Assembly: GCF_006345805.1 (NCBI RefSeq) | Contig: NC_043014.1 | Location: forward strand, 32,116,001-32,180,000 | Direction: 5' to 3' | Length of the DNA: 64,000 nt | Source of the DNA: Octopus sinensis | Lineage: Eukaryota | Shown here: positions 40,861 through 52,200 of the stretch, piece after piece | Layout of the letters: every line of letters begins with the position of its first letter | Numbering within the stretch: the stretch's first letter is position 1 | Translations under genes and position numbers: made by a program | The notes under the pieces: model-generated | Told to the model about the DNA's origin: nothing | The model's input: the letters and a program-made list of their open reading frames with translations, nothing else | Databases searched by the model: none

Positions 40861-40911
40861 AGCTTCTACAGGACTAGAACTGTTTCATTCAAGAGAATCT
40901 TCAGGAAGCTT
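40861..40911 (-). ncRNA. Type I hammerhead ribozyme-like motif, minus-strand copy
   Basis: Mirror of 40907-40957; lacks position 10.1 of stem II. Confidence 0.55.
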
Positions 40912-40957
40912 CCTGAAGATTTCTCTTGAATGAAACAGTTCTAGTCCTGTAGAAGCT
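40907..40957 (+). ncRNA. Type I hammerhead ribozyme-like motif
   Basis: Stem I AGCTTC/GAAGCT, core CTGAAGA, stem II (T)TTC-tctt-GAA(T), GAAA, stem III ACAG-ttctagtc-CTGT, cleavage triplet GTA. The canonical G10.1-C11.1 pair is replaced by T.T. Confidence 0.65.
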
Positions 40958-41132
40958 CCTTCTATATAATAAATTAATTTACTCTGCTATGTATTGAGTA
41001 CCTTATTTACTGTGGTTAACCCCAAATCAACCCGGGACCTACATATATATATATATATATATACATATATATACATATATATATATATGTGTATATATAT
41101 ATATGTATATATATATATACATATATAAATAT

Positions 41133-41260
41133 ATCATCATCCTCATCATCATCGTTTAACGTCCGCTTTCCATGCTGGCATGGGTTGGACAGTTTAACTG
41201 AGGACTGGCACCAGGCTCCAATGTGACCAGGTAGAGTTTCTACAGTTGGATGCCCCTATA
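41133..41260 (-). mobile_element. RTE LINE 3' terminus
   Basis: catcatcgtttaacgtccgctttccatgctggcatgggttggac. Confidence 0.9.
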
Positions 41261-41474
41261 TGTATATGTATTCTTTGATTTTTTAGTCTTTTATTTGTTC
41301 CAGACTGGAGCACTGCTATGTATGTATCTAATACACACCCACGCACCACCACCCCCAGACAAACAGTCACCCATTCACCCATAGTTTTTTTATAGATATT
41401 TCTATAGTGCATGAATTAAGGATTTGTGTTCTCTCCTAAAGAACCCAACTTCAGCCATGCTTTGCTCTTGATGG

Positions 41475-41700
41475 GTCAGTATGTATGTGTGTGTGTGTGT
41501 CTTTGTGCTTGTCCTCCACCAATTGATGCTGATTGGCTTATGCCACTTTAAATTAGAGGTTCAGCGAGAGAGACCAACATAAAAAGTACCAGATATAAAA
41601 AATATATGTACTGGGGTTGATTTGTCCGACTAAAGCCTTTAAGATAGTGCTCCAGCATGGCTCAGTCGAATGTCTGAAACAAGTTAGAGATAAAATATAA
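41475..41700 (+). mobile_element. SINE family A, degenerate 3' half
   Basis: gtactggggttgatttgtccgactaaa...gtgctccagcatgg. Confidence 0.75.
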
Positions 41701-41813
41701 AAGATATGGAGGGTAGACCTGTCAGTCATTTAATTTAGATAGTTAATACAGGTTATCATTGACTTATGACCACAATTGGTTCTGACTGACTGGTTGTAAA
41801 TCAATTTGGTTGT

Positions 41814-42181
41814 ATAATAATGAAATTATTGTATACAGTGCTCAGGTGCACCACAACTTGTCAGAAAGTGCATATAAAGTACATGCAGTAATGTAGAAAT
41901 GTCTGGAAAGTGAACAGTGTATGAGTCAGATACATGCTTGTGTGTGTATGGAGGGGAGAAAATCAAGTGTAGTGTTGGCAAATCTCAGGAAGCATGGAAG
42001 TTTTGAAGGATGCAGTGCTCCGACAACTAACAACTGATGCCGGCAGTTTGTTCCATGCTTCAGCAACTCTCAGCGTGAAAAAATGCTTCCTGAAGTCATG
42101 GGAGCTGTGCTGTTTTCTTACTTTGTAAATATGTTCACGGGTGTTAGATGGGTGGAGTTTGAAAAGGTGCTCAGAGTTATT
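41814..42181 (-). mobile_element. CR1/L2-type LINE 3' end, second copy
   Basis: Highly similar to 20881-21252 over its whole length. Confidence 0.88.
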
Positions 42182-42635
42182 GTTTGTACGATGGTTGATA
42201 ATTTTATGGGTGTTGATGGTGTTGTACCATGGTTGATAATTTTATGGGTGTTGATAATTTTATAGGCCTATATAGCTTTATTTTATATTTTTACTTTCTT
42301 AAGGTACATTCTCAGGTAAAAGTCACACACAACATTCTGTTTTATACTATTATAACTGGTGTTAGTCAAACATTTCGGAGTCTCAAGCAGCCGTCTTATA
42401 AACAAATACGAGGTCACTTCGATGTCTCCACGACAGGATATTCATCCAACACTCAGGATAGCCACAGTGGTGATCAATAATCAAACCTAGTGGGAGTGTT
42501 AGTTAGCTGATATCATCTGTAGATAGGTTTTTTTACTACGATATTAAACCCATTAAATTTCAACTGAAGTATTTATTATTGCTGCCAGGAGATGGCGTGC
42601 CAATCATCATGAAGTTGATTAGTCATAAGTCAGAT

Positions 42636-43030
42636 ATCATCATCATCATCATCGTTTAACGTCCGCTTTCCATGCTAGCATGGGTTGGACGATTTGACTG
42701 AGGGCTGTCGAACCAGATGGCTACACCAGGCTTCAATCTTGATCTGGCAGAGTTTCTACAGTTGGATGCCCTTCCTAACGCCAACCACTCCGAGAATATA
42801 GTGGGTGCTTTTATGTGCCACCAGCATGGGGTCAGTCAGGTGGTACTGGAAACGACTTCGCTCGAATCTTTTACACATGCTACTGGCACAGGTACCAGTA
42901 AGGCGATGCTGGTAACAATCACGCTCAAATGCTGTCTTTTATGTGCCACTGGCATGGAGCCCAGATAGCCACTCTGGGAACGATCATGCTCAGATGGTGC
43001 TCTTAACACTCTACTAGCATGGGGCTTTAG
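42636..43030 (-). mobile_element. RTE LINE 3' UTR with about 3 diverged minisatellite units
   Basis: (CAT)n tail, ggatgcccttcctaacgccaaccactcc, tgcttttatgtgccac units. Confidence 0.9.
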
Positions 43031-43047
43031 TGCCAATGTGAATAAAT

Positions 43048-43267
43048 AAGGCAGTGAGTTGGCAGAATTGTTAGCATGCTGAGAAAAATGCTTAGAAGTA
43101 TTTCGTTTATCTTTACAATCAGAGTTCAAATTCTGCCATGGTTAACTTTGCCTTTCATCTTTTTGGGATCGATAAAATAAGTACCAATCGATCACTGGAG
43201 TCCATGTAATTGACTTACCCCTTTCCCTGAAATTGCTGGCCTTGTGCTAAAGTTTAAAACCAATATC
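43048..43267 (+). mobile_element. tRNA-derived SINE family B, full length
   Basis: ggcagtgagttggcagaa head, B-box gagttcaaattc, tail ggccttgtgctaaagtttaaaacc. Confidence 0.9.
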
Positions 43268-43357
43268 TGTGAATAAATAAACAGATTTGACAAAATGAAG
43301 GAACTAGTTAGATAAATACATTGTTTCCAAGTTGTGTTTGGTTTAAGCAGCATTATC

Positions 43358-43414
<57 letters not shown>

Positions 43415-43663
43415 TGAAGGATATTGGACAGGAGATTAAAATAAGTAATAAATAAAAGGTCTGAAGTAATTAAGTTTTTCTCAGTATTATAATCATCATT
43501 ATTATCCAATAGAGAACATTGAATCATTAAATTGAAAATAGTTGTACAATTTAAAATGGGTTTTTATCTGAAAATGTTGAGGTATATTCATCTAATTTTA
43601 AAAGACAGGGAATAGGAATCTTCTTCTTCTTCTTCTCTTCTTCTCCTCCTCCTCCTTCTCCTC

Positions 43664-43694
<31 letters not shown>

Positions 43695-44057
43695 TTCTCA
43701 CTATTGTTATTATTTTTATTACTAATCACCATCATTTGTATTATTATTATTATTAATGTGAAGGTAAAACTACTTTGAAGACAGAATAAAGATTAAATTA
43801 TATTTTATAAATTAATTTAAGATAATCCCTTTTTTTGTATTTCATCAATAAAGTGTTAAAGGATTAAGAGAATGGCAATTTATTACACTAATTTATTATA
43901 TTGAATCATTTATGGTTTATGACTCAAGGGTTTCTTAAAATGATCTCTGTTTAGTGTTAAATGAAGAAAAGGTAATTTAATTTTGATTTAAATTTGTAAG
44001 TATAATAAATATTGTAAATCATTTTTTTAAAGAAGATATGTATATATATATATATAT

Positions 44058-45046
44058 CATCATCATCATCGTTTAACGTCCGTTTTCTGCGCTAGCACGG
44101 GTTGGACGGTTCGACCGGGGCCTGGGAAGCCAGGGGCTGCACCAGGCTCCAGTCTGATCTGGCAGAGTTTCTACAGCTGGATGCCCTTCCTAACGCCAAC
44201 CACTCCGCGAGTGTAGTGGGTGCTTTTTACGTGCCACCTGCACAGGTGCCAGGGAGGTCCGGCATCGGCCACGATCGGTTGGAGCTTTTAACGTCCCACC
44301 GGCACGGAAGCCAGTCGGGGCGGCGCTGGCAACGGCCACGTTCGGATGGTGCTTTTTATGTGCCACTGGCCCAGAAGCCAGTTGGGGCAGCGCTGGCATC
44401 GGCCACGTTCGGATGGTGCTTTTTATGTGCCACTGGCACAGAAGCCAGTCGAGGCGGCGCTAGCATCGGCCACGTACGGATGGTGCTTTTTATGTGCCAC
44501 CGGCACAGAAGCCAGTCGGGGCGGCGCTGGCATCGGCCACGTTCGGATGGTGCTTTTTATGTGCCACCGGCACAGGAGCCAGTCGGGGCGGAGCTGGCAT
44601 CGGCCACGTTTGGATGGTGCTTTTTATGTGCCACTGGCACAGGAGCCAGTCGGGGCGGAGCTGGCATTGGCCACGTTCGGATGGTGCTTTTTATGTGCCA
44701 CCGGCAGAGAAGCCAGTTGGGGCGGCGCTGGCTGGAATCGACCACGTTCGGATGGTGCTTTTTATGTCCCACCAGCACAGAAGCCAGTCGGGGCGGCGCT
44801 GGTATCGGCCACGTTCGGATGGTGCTTTTTATGTGCCACCAGCACAGGAGCCAATTGGGGCGGTGCTGGCATCAGCCACAATCGGATGGTGCTTTTTATG
44901 TGCCACTGGCACAGAAGCCAGTCGGGGCGGTGCTGGCATCGGCCACGTTCGGATGGTGCTTTTTATGTGCCACTGGCACAGGAGACAGTCGGGGCAGCGC
45001 TGGCATCGGCCACGTTCGGATGGTGCTTTTTATGTGCCACTGGCAC
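44058..45046 (-). mobile_element. Young RTE LINE 3' UTR with an expanded 67-bp minisatellite
   Basis: Terminus as in the other RTE ends; CpG-rich and little diverged. Confidence 0.9.
44219..45046. repeat. 67-bp GC-rich tandem repeat, about 12.3 units
   Basis: ggtgctttttatgtgcc starts at 44219, 44281, 44348, 44415, 44482, 44549, 44616, 44683, 44754, 44821, 44888, 44955 and 45022. Confidence 0.97.
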
Positions 45047-45053
45047 ATATACA

Positions 45054-45515
45054 GGCGTAGGAGTGGCTGTGTGGTAAGTAAGTTGCTTACAAATAACATG
45101 GTTCCAGGTTCAGTCCCACTGCGTGGCACCTTGGGCAAGTGTCTACTACTATAGCCTCGGGCCAACCAAAGCCTTGTGAGCTGGCAGAATTGGTAGCACA
45201 CAGAACAAAATACTTAGCAGCCTTTCATTCATCTTTAAGTTCTAAGTTTAAATTCCACTGAGGTCGACATTGCCTTTTATCCTTGTGGGGTTGATAATAT
45301 AAGTACCAGTTAAGAAATGGGGTTGATGTAACCGACTAACCCCACCTCCCTGAAATTGCTGACCTTGTGCCAAAACTTGAGACCAATATTTTATATGATT
45401 AAGGAGGTGAGCTGGCAGAATCATAAGCATGCTGAGCAAAATGCTAAGCAGCATTTTGTCTGTCTTCACATTCTGAGTTCAAATTCCACCAAGGTCAACT
45501 TGCCTTTCATCCTTT
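45054..45515 (+). mobile_element. SINE A 5' half fused to SINE B, followed by a second B head
   Basis: The family A head runs to ccttgtgag and continues directly as gagctggcagaa (B head); a further B starts at about 45405. Confidence 0.8.
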
Positions 45516-45521
45516 CTTCAA

Positions 45522-45822
45522 GTTGAGTAGCCCATCTAGCTCAAAAGGTCCCTGAATAAAGGTTGTTTAAGGATGTTGAATGAAACATCCATGTTTCTAG
45601 TGGTGAATTATTAAGACTCCGAAAAATTCCTCTCAGCACATAGCATAACCATGCTCAACTGGTTATGGTCAAACAACTAACAAGCAAATCTGTAGTATTG
45701 AGCAGAATATTTGCTGTATCCCATCTTTTATATCAAGACAAAACATGTATATGATAACAATACTTGCAATCAGTTAAGATCAGAAGCCAAGAGAGCCATA
45801 GTTCGCTATTGCATCAGGGCAT
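45522..45822 (-). mobile_element. Retroposon family E fragment
   Basis: Reverse complement of the 48391-48680 segment, with an internal deletion. Confidence 0.85.
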
Positions 45823-45849
45823 GTTAATCATTATTGAGGGTGGAGAGGG

Positions 45850-46390
45850 AAGTGCTATCTTGTAGCAAGTTTGTTGAAAGGTGGGCGAATGTTGGGAGAA
45901 TGGCCAGTGTGAAAGGACCAATTCTGAGCATGCACCTGTAAACAAAAGGAGAAGGGCTCATGCCCTGTTGTTCAGGCACCTGTGGCTTTTGTGGGTTTTT
46001 CCACGAGGTCCTTAAAGTGCCTCCCCTATTGGAAGTTTTAAATTGTTTAATTTAATTGTTAATATATTGTTTACATGTTGTAAAACCCTGTGTATCATCC
46101 TGTTTTGTCAGTGTTGGGGCAGTTACCTTGTGTTTGAAGTTATTTGAATTTCAAGATATTGGATTTTGCAATCTTTTGGTCAAACTGGGAGAACTAAAAT
46201 TTGAGATGAAGTACTCAATATATAATGTAGAGCAGAAAATTTGTTAATTAAGACAATAGATTTAACAAGAATGGTTGTTATCACTCCCCTTAGAATTTGT
46301 TTGAGATCCTTGAAATATGGGAAGTCTAAGGTGAATGATAAGGTAATATTTGAAAGGGTAGGTTCTGGTAATACTAGAATTTGTCTCACA
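45850..46390 (-). mobile_element. Possible third PLE C-terminal remnant
   Basis: Weak motifs only (ITLSFTLDFPYFKDLKQILR; SPSLTKRL; GNCP); highly decayed. Confidence 0.3.
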
Positions 46391-47973
46391 ATTGGTTGGT
46401 CAGTAAGCCACTAGACACTATTAAATACTTAGTTATGTAAATAATCCTTTCTGTTAGAGATACAAGATTTGAAATTTAGTGGGAGGTGTTTAGTAAATTA
46501 CATTAACCACAGTGCTCAATTAGTACTTATTTCATTGACCCTGAAAGGATGAAAGGTGAAGTTGGCCTTGGCGGAATTTGAACTCAGAACATAAAGGTGG
46601 GAAAAATGCTTAATAGCATATTGTCTGGCATGCTAAAGATTCTGCCAACGAGCTGCTTGTAGGTATACTCTTTTACTCTTTTACTTGTTTCAGCCATCCG
46701 GCTGAGGCCATGCTGGGGCACCGCCCTTATGTAAATGATGTGGTTGGGGAGTAAATGGAATGTTTGTATTTGGGATGAAAATAAGAAATATGACCTCCAG
46801 GTCAGCCATTCCACTATCACTTCAAATAAAGTCATTTAACATTAAATATTAATTATTTTCTTGTTTTGCTTGCCTCACTAGAATTTGGTGATTTAATAAT
46901 ACAATAAATAAAAAAAAATGTTCTTGTCAATGATGCTTCTATCATCTTTAGCCTATTTCGATATTACACATGACTTCTTTCTCTGCATTATTATTAAAAT
47001 ATAAAAAGATAGGTTTATAAAATTTGTTATACTTTTAAATTTAAATATGATCAAAACGTTTGGTTTACATTCTTGTTTTCATATAACACTAAACAGGATA
47101 CCATTTCACAAACCACGAATCATAGACCATAACTGATTAAATATCTTAAATTAGGCTAATAAATTGCTATTCTCTTAATCCTTTAAAAGCTTTATTAATG
47201 TAACAATAACTACAATTTCCACATTATTTACCATACATCACTTATTCTCTCCCTCAGCTCCACCAACTATGTCCTGTTATAAGCATTTATATTTAAAAAC
47301 CACTTACATCACTTATGACCCCTATTGCCTTCCATATCTCCATTTCTTTGTCTTCTTATAGTATTTTACAATTTATAACTAATAGTTCCTTTCAGAGCTT
47401 GTAACATTCATGTCACCACAATTACCATCTTATATACTTAATTTCTCCAGTTTATCCCTATCTAACAATTTTATTTACTATATATTTCCTATTTAATACT
47501 ATACAACACACCTCAAAGACTCAAACACATTATTTTTTCATTTTATAAATCTCATTTGGATTTGATAATTTAATAACACAAGCAATTAAAATAATTCTTG
47601 TTAAAACTGATGCTGTCACCATTTTTACTATAAAGCTATTGTTATTATTTTTATTACATTAACTATATTAACTATATTATTCACATTACTTCTTTCTCTT
47701 CATTATCATTAAAATGAAAGGAAAAAAAAATAATTATCAATGTTTATTATACTTTCAAATTTAAACCAAAATTGAAATGCCTTTTCTCCATTTAACTGCA
47801 AACAGAAATAATTTTACAAACCATGAATTACAAAGCCATAAATGATTCAATATCATAAATTAGAGTAATAAATTGTTATTCCCTTAATCCTTTAAATAGT
47901 TTATTGATGTAATACTATCAACCAAAATTAATCTTAATTTATAAAATATAATTTAATTTTTACAGTAACGTTA

Positions 47974-48381
47974 AACTAAATTTTCTTTAACATTAATTAT
48001 TACCACTACAGATAATAGCAGCAGCAGCAACAACAACAACAATAATAGTTTCAAATTTTGCCACAAGGGCAGCTATTTTGGGATCGACCCCAGTGTTTCA
48101 CTGGTACTTAATTTCTTGACCCTTGGGGGAATTTGAACTCAGAATGTATAATAATAATAATATTATTATACATTCTGAGTTCAAATTCCCCCAAGATTGA
48201 CATTGCCTTTCATCCTTTCAGGGTCAAGAAATTAAGTACCAGTGGAACACTGGGGTCAATCCCAAAATAGCTGCCCTTGTGACAAAATTTGAAACTATTA
48301 TTGTTGTTGTTGTTGTTGTTGTTGCTGCTGCTGCTGCTATTATCTGTAGTGGTAATAATTAATGTTAAAGAAAATTTAGTT
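47974..48381. repeat. 408-bp fold-back inverted duplication containing SINE B halves and unique flank
   Basis: Arms are reverse complements from aactaaattttctttaac... to ...aaagaaaatttagtt; centre at about 48160 in an (AAT)/(ATT) run; the left arm lacks about 30 bp. Confidence 0.95.
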
Positions 48382-48390
48382 AATAAGTGT

Positions 48391-48918
48391 TATCATGTAC
48401 ATTGTTTTGTCTTGGTATAAAAGATGGGCTACAGCAAATATTCTGCTCAATACCACAGATTTGCTTGTCAGTTGTTTGACCTTAACCAGTTGAGCATGTT
48501 CCTTAGTGGCTGACGATATGTGCATCTCTGATCATGAGCAGAAGTAGTGGGGGAGCATCATAGCCATGTGTTGAGAGGAATTCTTTGGGGTTTGGATAGT
48601 TCACCTTCAGAAACATAGGTGTTTCATTCAACATCCTTAAACAACCCTTATTCAGGGACCTTTTGAGTGGGATGGGTTACTCGACCAGAAGAAAATTCTA
48701 ACTGGGCCCCAGCTGCAAGGTCATACGCTGTTTATCTTGATATGAAATCACCATGTTGCGCACATTTGGTTGTGATGCATGTTCCTGGTGTATCCTTATC
48801 AGACAGGTAGTCATGGTGGGTATACTGGGCTTCGTATATTTTACCCCAGTGTCACTTTGATAGCCTGCACTGCTCTCTCACTCCATAATAATAATAATAA
48901 TAATAATAATGATAATAA
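48391..48918 (+). mobile_element. Retroposon family E (about 520 bp, (AAT)n tail)
   Basis: Co-linear with 54835-55368; the simple-repeat tail indicates a retroposon 3' end. Confidence 0.88.
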
Positions 48919-49164
48919 CAGTTTTTTTGTTAGTAAACAAAGGCTTGAAGAAATACTAATCACACAACACATTCACGGTAGAATTACAAAGAAAGAAAGG
49001 AAAATGTGTAGTGTGCGAAATATGTTAACAAATATGAAGCGAGGTGGGTGAGAGATGTAGATGTTATGCAAAACATGGAAGGATGCATTAAGAATTTTGC
49101 ACACACCCACACACTTGCATGCATAAGTGTATGCACTTGCAATCATACACACACACACACACAT

Positions 49165-49722
49165 AGAACTTCACCATTCAATCTGACAGAAAGATAGATG
49201 CAAATAGGCCAGACAGTATATTGAAAGACTTCACCCAAAATCAGGCCCCCTCATTGATATCACTGTTTCAATTGATATAAACGTATCTGTCAAGACCTAC
49301 CAAAAACTGAGCAAGTATAAAGATCTTGAAATAAAAATTAGCAAAATGTGGAACCTCAAGACTAAAACAATACCTGTTGTCATAAGTGCCCTAGGAATGA
49401 TAGCAAAAGGGGCTGATTGCTACCTAGCTCTAATACCAGGAAGCTCCAAAATGGCAGAAATTCAAAAGATAGTGCTCATGGGAACTGCCCATATCCTACG
49501 CAAAATACTGTCTATGTAATCTCAAGTTTTAAAACAAACATAATTTTCTTATGGTTTCTTAAACATTCTCTAGAACAACACTATGTACAAAACCAGATAT
49601 ATGGAACCCAAGGCATAACACCAACATGAACTTCTAACTTGTCTCTTGAAGTCTCTGGGTGAAACTTGAGCCAACTTGTACAAATGTAAAGCAAAAGTCA
49701 AACATAAAGTAATAATAATAAT
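49165..49722 (+). mobile_element. RLE-bearing non-LTR retrotransposon 3' end (R4/Dong- or HERO-like)
   Basis: NFTIQSDRKIDANRPD...LIDITV...KTYQKLSKYKDLEIKISKMWNLKTKTIPVVISALG...GTAHILRKILSM*, a PD-(D/E)xK-type restriction-like endonuclease; then 3' UTR and (AAT)n. Confidence 0.9.
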
Positions 49723-51204
49723 CTTTTCTACTATAGGCAAAAGGCCTGAAATTTTGGGGACCCTATAGGGGTCAGCTGCTACTTATCTTATCGACCATGA
49801 AAGGATGAAAAGCAAGTTTAAACACAGAACATAAAGGTGGACAAAATGCCACTAAGCATTTTATCCGGTAAGCTAAGAATTTTCCCTTTTTATTGATTTT
49901 TAAAAAGCTTCAACCTTTTTCTTATAAACCTGTTTTATATATCACTGTCTGGAAACCTTTCAACACACATCTGTGACCTCCTCAGCAACACTTTCCATCT
50001 TCGAGTGTGCTCTTGCTCTGCTTATTCTATTCTGCTCTTCTATGATGTGTATCCTTATATTTTATAGATACTTTCAATCTAATCATTCCACATTCTCCAC
50101 TGGATGATGAGGTTGATAATGATTATGGTACTGACAAAAACTAACTTTATTACTTTAGAACTTTTATTTATTGCTATTTTAACTTGATGTCAACGATGAT
50201 GATGACAGTGATGATGATGATGACGACAATGACAACGATGTTGATGATGGTGGTGGTGGTGGTAGTGATATTGGTGATGATGACAAATGCTCTGTATGAG
50301 CAATGGTAGCATTTAAGATTGAACTGTAAAGTTAGCTCTTCCTCAGTGGCTGGAGAACTCATTCTGGTATACAATATATCGAATGCTTTCTCGCTCTCTC
50401 TCTTTCTCTTTCTTTTTTTTTCTCTCTCGCCCTCCCTCTTTCCTATTTACATCATTTTAGCCATGTAGATATACAATACACTATGGTGGATGGATACTAT
50501 CTCTCTCTTACATACATACTATTTCAATCATATAAATATTCACTGTTATGATGCAATCTCTTTCTCTCACTCTCCTATGTATTCACAGCATTTCAGCCAC
50601 ATAGATGTACAACACATTCTAGTGAAAGCGCTCTCTCTCACACTCTCTCACTCTCTCCTATTTATACCATTTAAGTTATATAGATATCCAAACATTATGG
50701 TTGCTAACTTCTCTCTCTACCTTAGTCTTTCTCTTTCCCTACCCTCTCTCTCTTCTTTTTTTCTCTCCCTCTTTATACCATGAAGGTTATATAGATATAT
50801 ACCATACTATCATGAATGCTTTGTATTTCCTATATATACCATTTAAATCATGTGTATATACAATGCTTTATTGTGGGACCCCCTTCTCTCTCATTTATAC
50901 CATATCATTGCAATTTTATCTACAGTAATTTGACATATTGCAGTATTTCCAACCAAATTCAGAATAATAGATAGATATGATGTCTAAAATGTATATAACA
51001 GTCCTCACTCACCTTACATTTTTTTGTGTTTTTTTTTTAGATAATATTTTACAGTTATCTTTTTTTCATAGATAAGATGGATTTTTTAAATTCCAGAATC
51101 TTAGATCTGAAATATAGGTCTGGAAATAGCTGTACTTTTCTACTGGTGTTAGTTATTAGACAATGGTCATACTGGGGCATTACTTTGAAATGTGTAGTTA
51201 AGTA

Positions 51205-51620
51205 TATTGGTTTCAAATTTGGCACAAAGCTAGCAAGTTAGGAAGAAGGGTTAAGTCAGTTACATTGACCCCTGTAATCAAGTGGTACTCATTTTATCAA
51301 CCCTGGAAGGATGAAAAATTTGAACTCAGAATGTAAAGATGGATGAAATGCCTATTTCTTTACTACCCACAAGGGGCTAAACACAGAGCGGACAAACAAG
51401 GACAGACAAACGGATTAAGTCGATTACATAGGCCCCAGTGTGTAACTGGTACTTAATTTATTGACCCCGAAAGGATGAAAGGTAAAGTCTACCTCGGCGG
51501 AATTTGAACTCAGAACTTAACGGCAGACGAAATACGGCTAAGCATTTCATTCGGCGTGCTAACATTTCTGCCAGCTCGCCACTAAGCATTTTGTCTGGTG
51601 TGCTAATGATTCCAACATCT
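51205..51620 (-). mobile_element. SINE B' nested inside a SINE B head
   Basis: B 3' part 51205-51352, B' 51353-51580, remainder of the B head 51581-51620. Confidence 0.85.
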
Positions 51621-51624
51621 CATG

Positions 51625-52200
51625 TCATCATCATCATCATCGTTTAACGTCCTTTTTTCATGTTAGCATAGGTTGGACAGTTTGACTGGGGTCTGGGAAG
51701 CCAGGAGGCTGCACCAGGCTCCAGTCTGATCTGGCAGTGTTTCTACTGCTGGATGCCCTTCCTAACGCCAACCACTCCATGAATGTAGTGGGTGCTTTTT
51801 ATGTGCCACCAGCACAGGGGCCAGAGGAGGCTGGCAACAGTCTCAATTGGTTGGTGCTTTTTATGAGCAACCAGCATGGATCACAACTAGAATTTCCATT
51901 TGATTATTATTTTGATGTTGATGTACTTGACACAGTAGGTCTCCTCAAGCACAGCAGGTCACCCTACGATCCAAGGTAAGCATAGCAGGCCATCCTGCGA
52001 GCCGTGAACTCACTTCATTTGTCGGGTCTTCGCAGTCACAGCATATCTCCAGAGGTCTCGGTTTTTCATCATTGCTTCTGTGAGGCCCAACGTTTGAAGG
52101 TCATGCTTGACCACCTCATCCCATGTCTTCCTGGGTCTACCTCTACCCCGGATCCCTTCAACTGTTTGGGAGCGTAGCATTTCTTCACCCATCTGTCCTC
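51625..52200 (-). mobile_element. RTE LINE 3' end with ORF C-terminus
   Basis: VEGIRGRGRPRKTWDEVVKHDLQTLGLTEAMMKNRDLWRYAV, then the 3' UTR and (GAT)n tail. Confidence 0.92.

Larger units (their letters stand above)
40844..40974. repeat. Near-perfect 131-bp palindrome (one 1-nt indel) centred on AAGCTT
   Basis: The left arm is the reverse complement of the right arm except gagaatct versus gagaaatct. Confidence 0.97.

Noticed and set aside
44219-45046. CRISPR-like array
   Set aside because: Whole units are repeated with no unique spacers, the context is eukaryotic, and no cas genes are present.
44102-45154. 350-aa ORF and overlapping 243-aa and 188-aa ORFs as a real protein gene
   Set aside because: Produced by the nearly stop-free 67-bp repeat on the antisense strand of an RTE 3' UTR; no splice or domain evidence.
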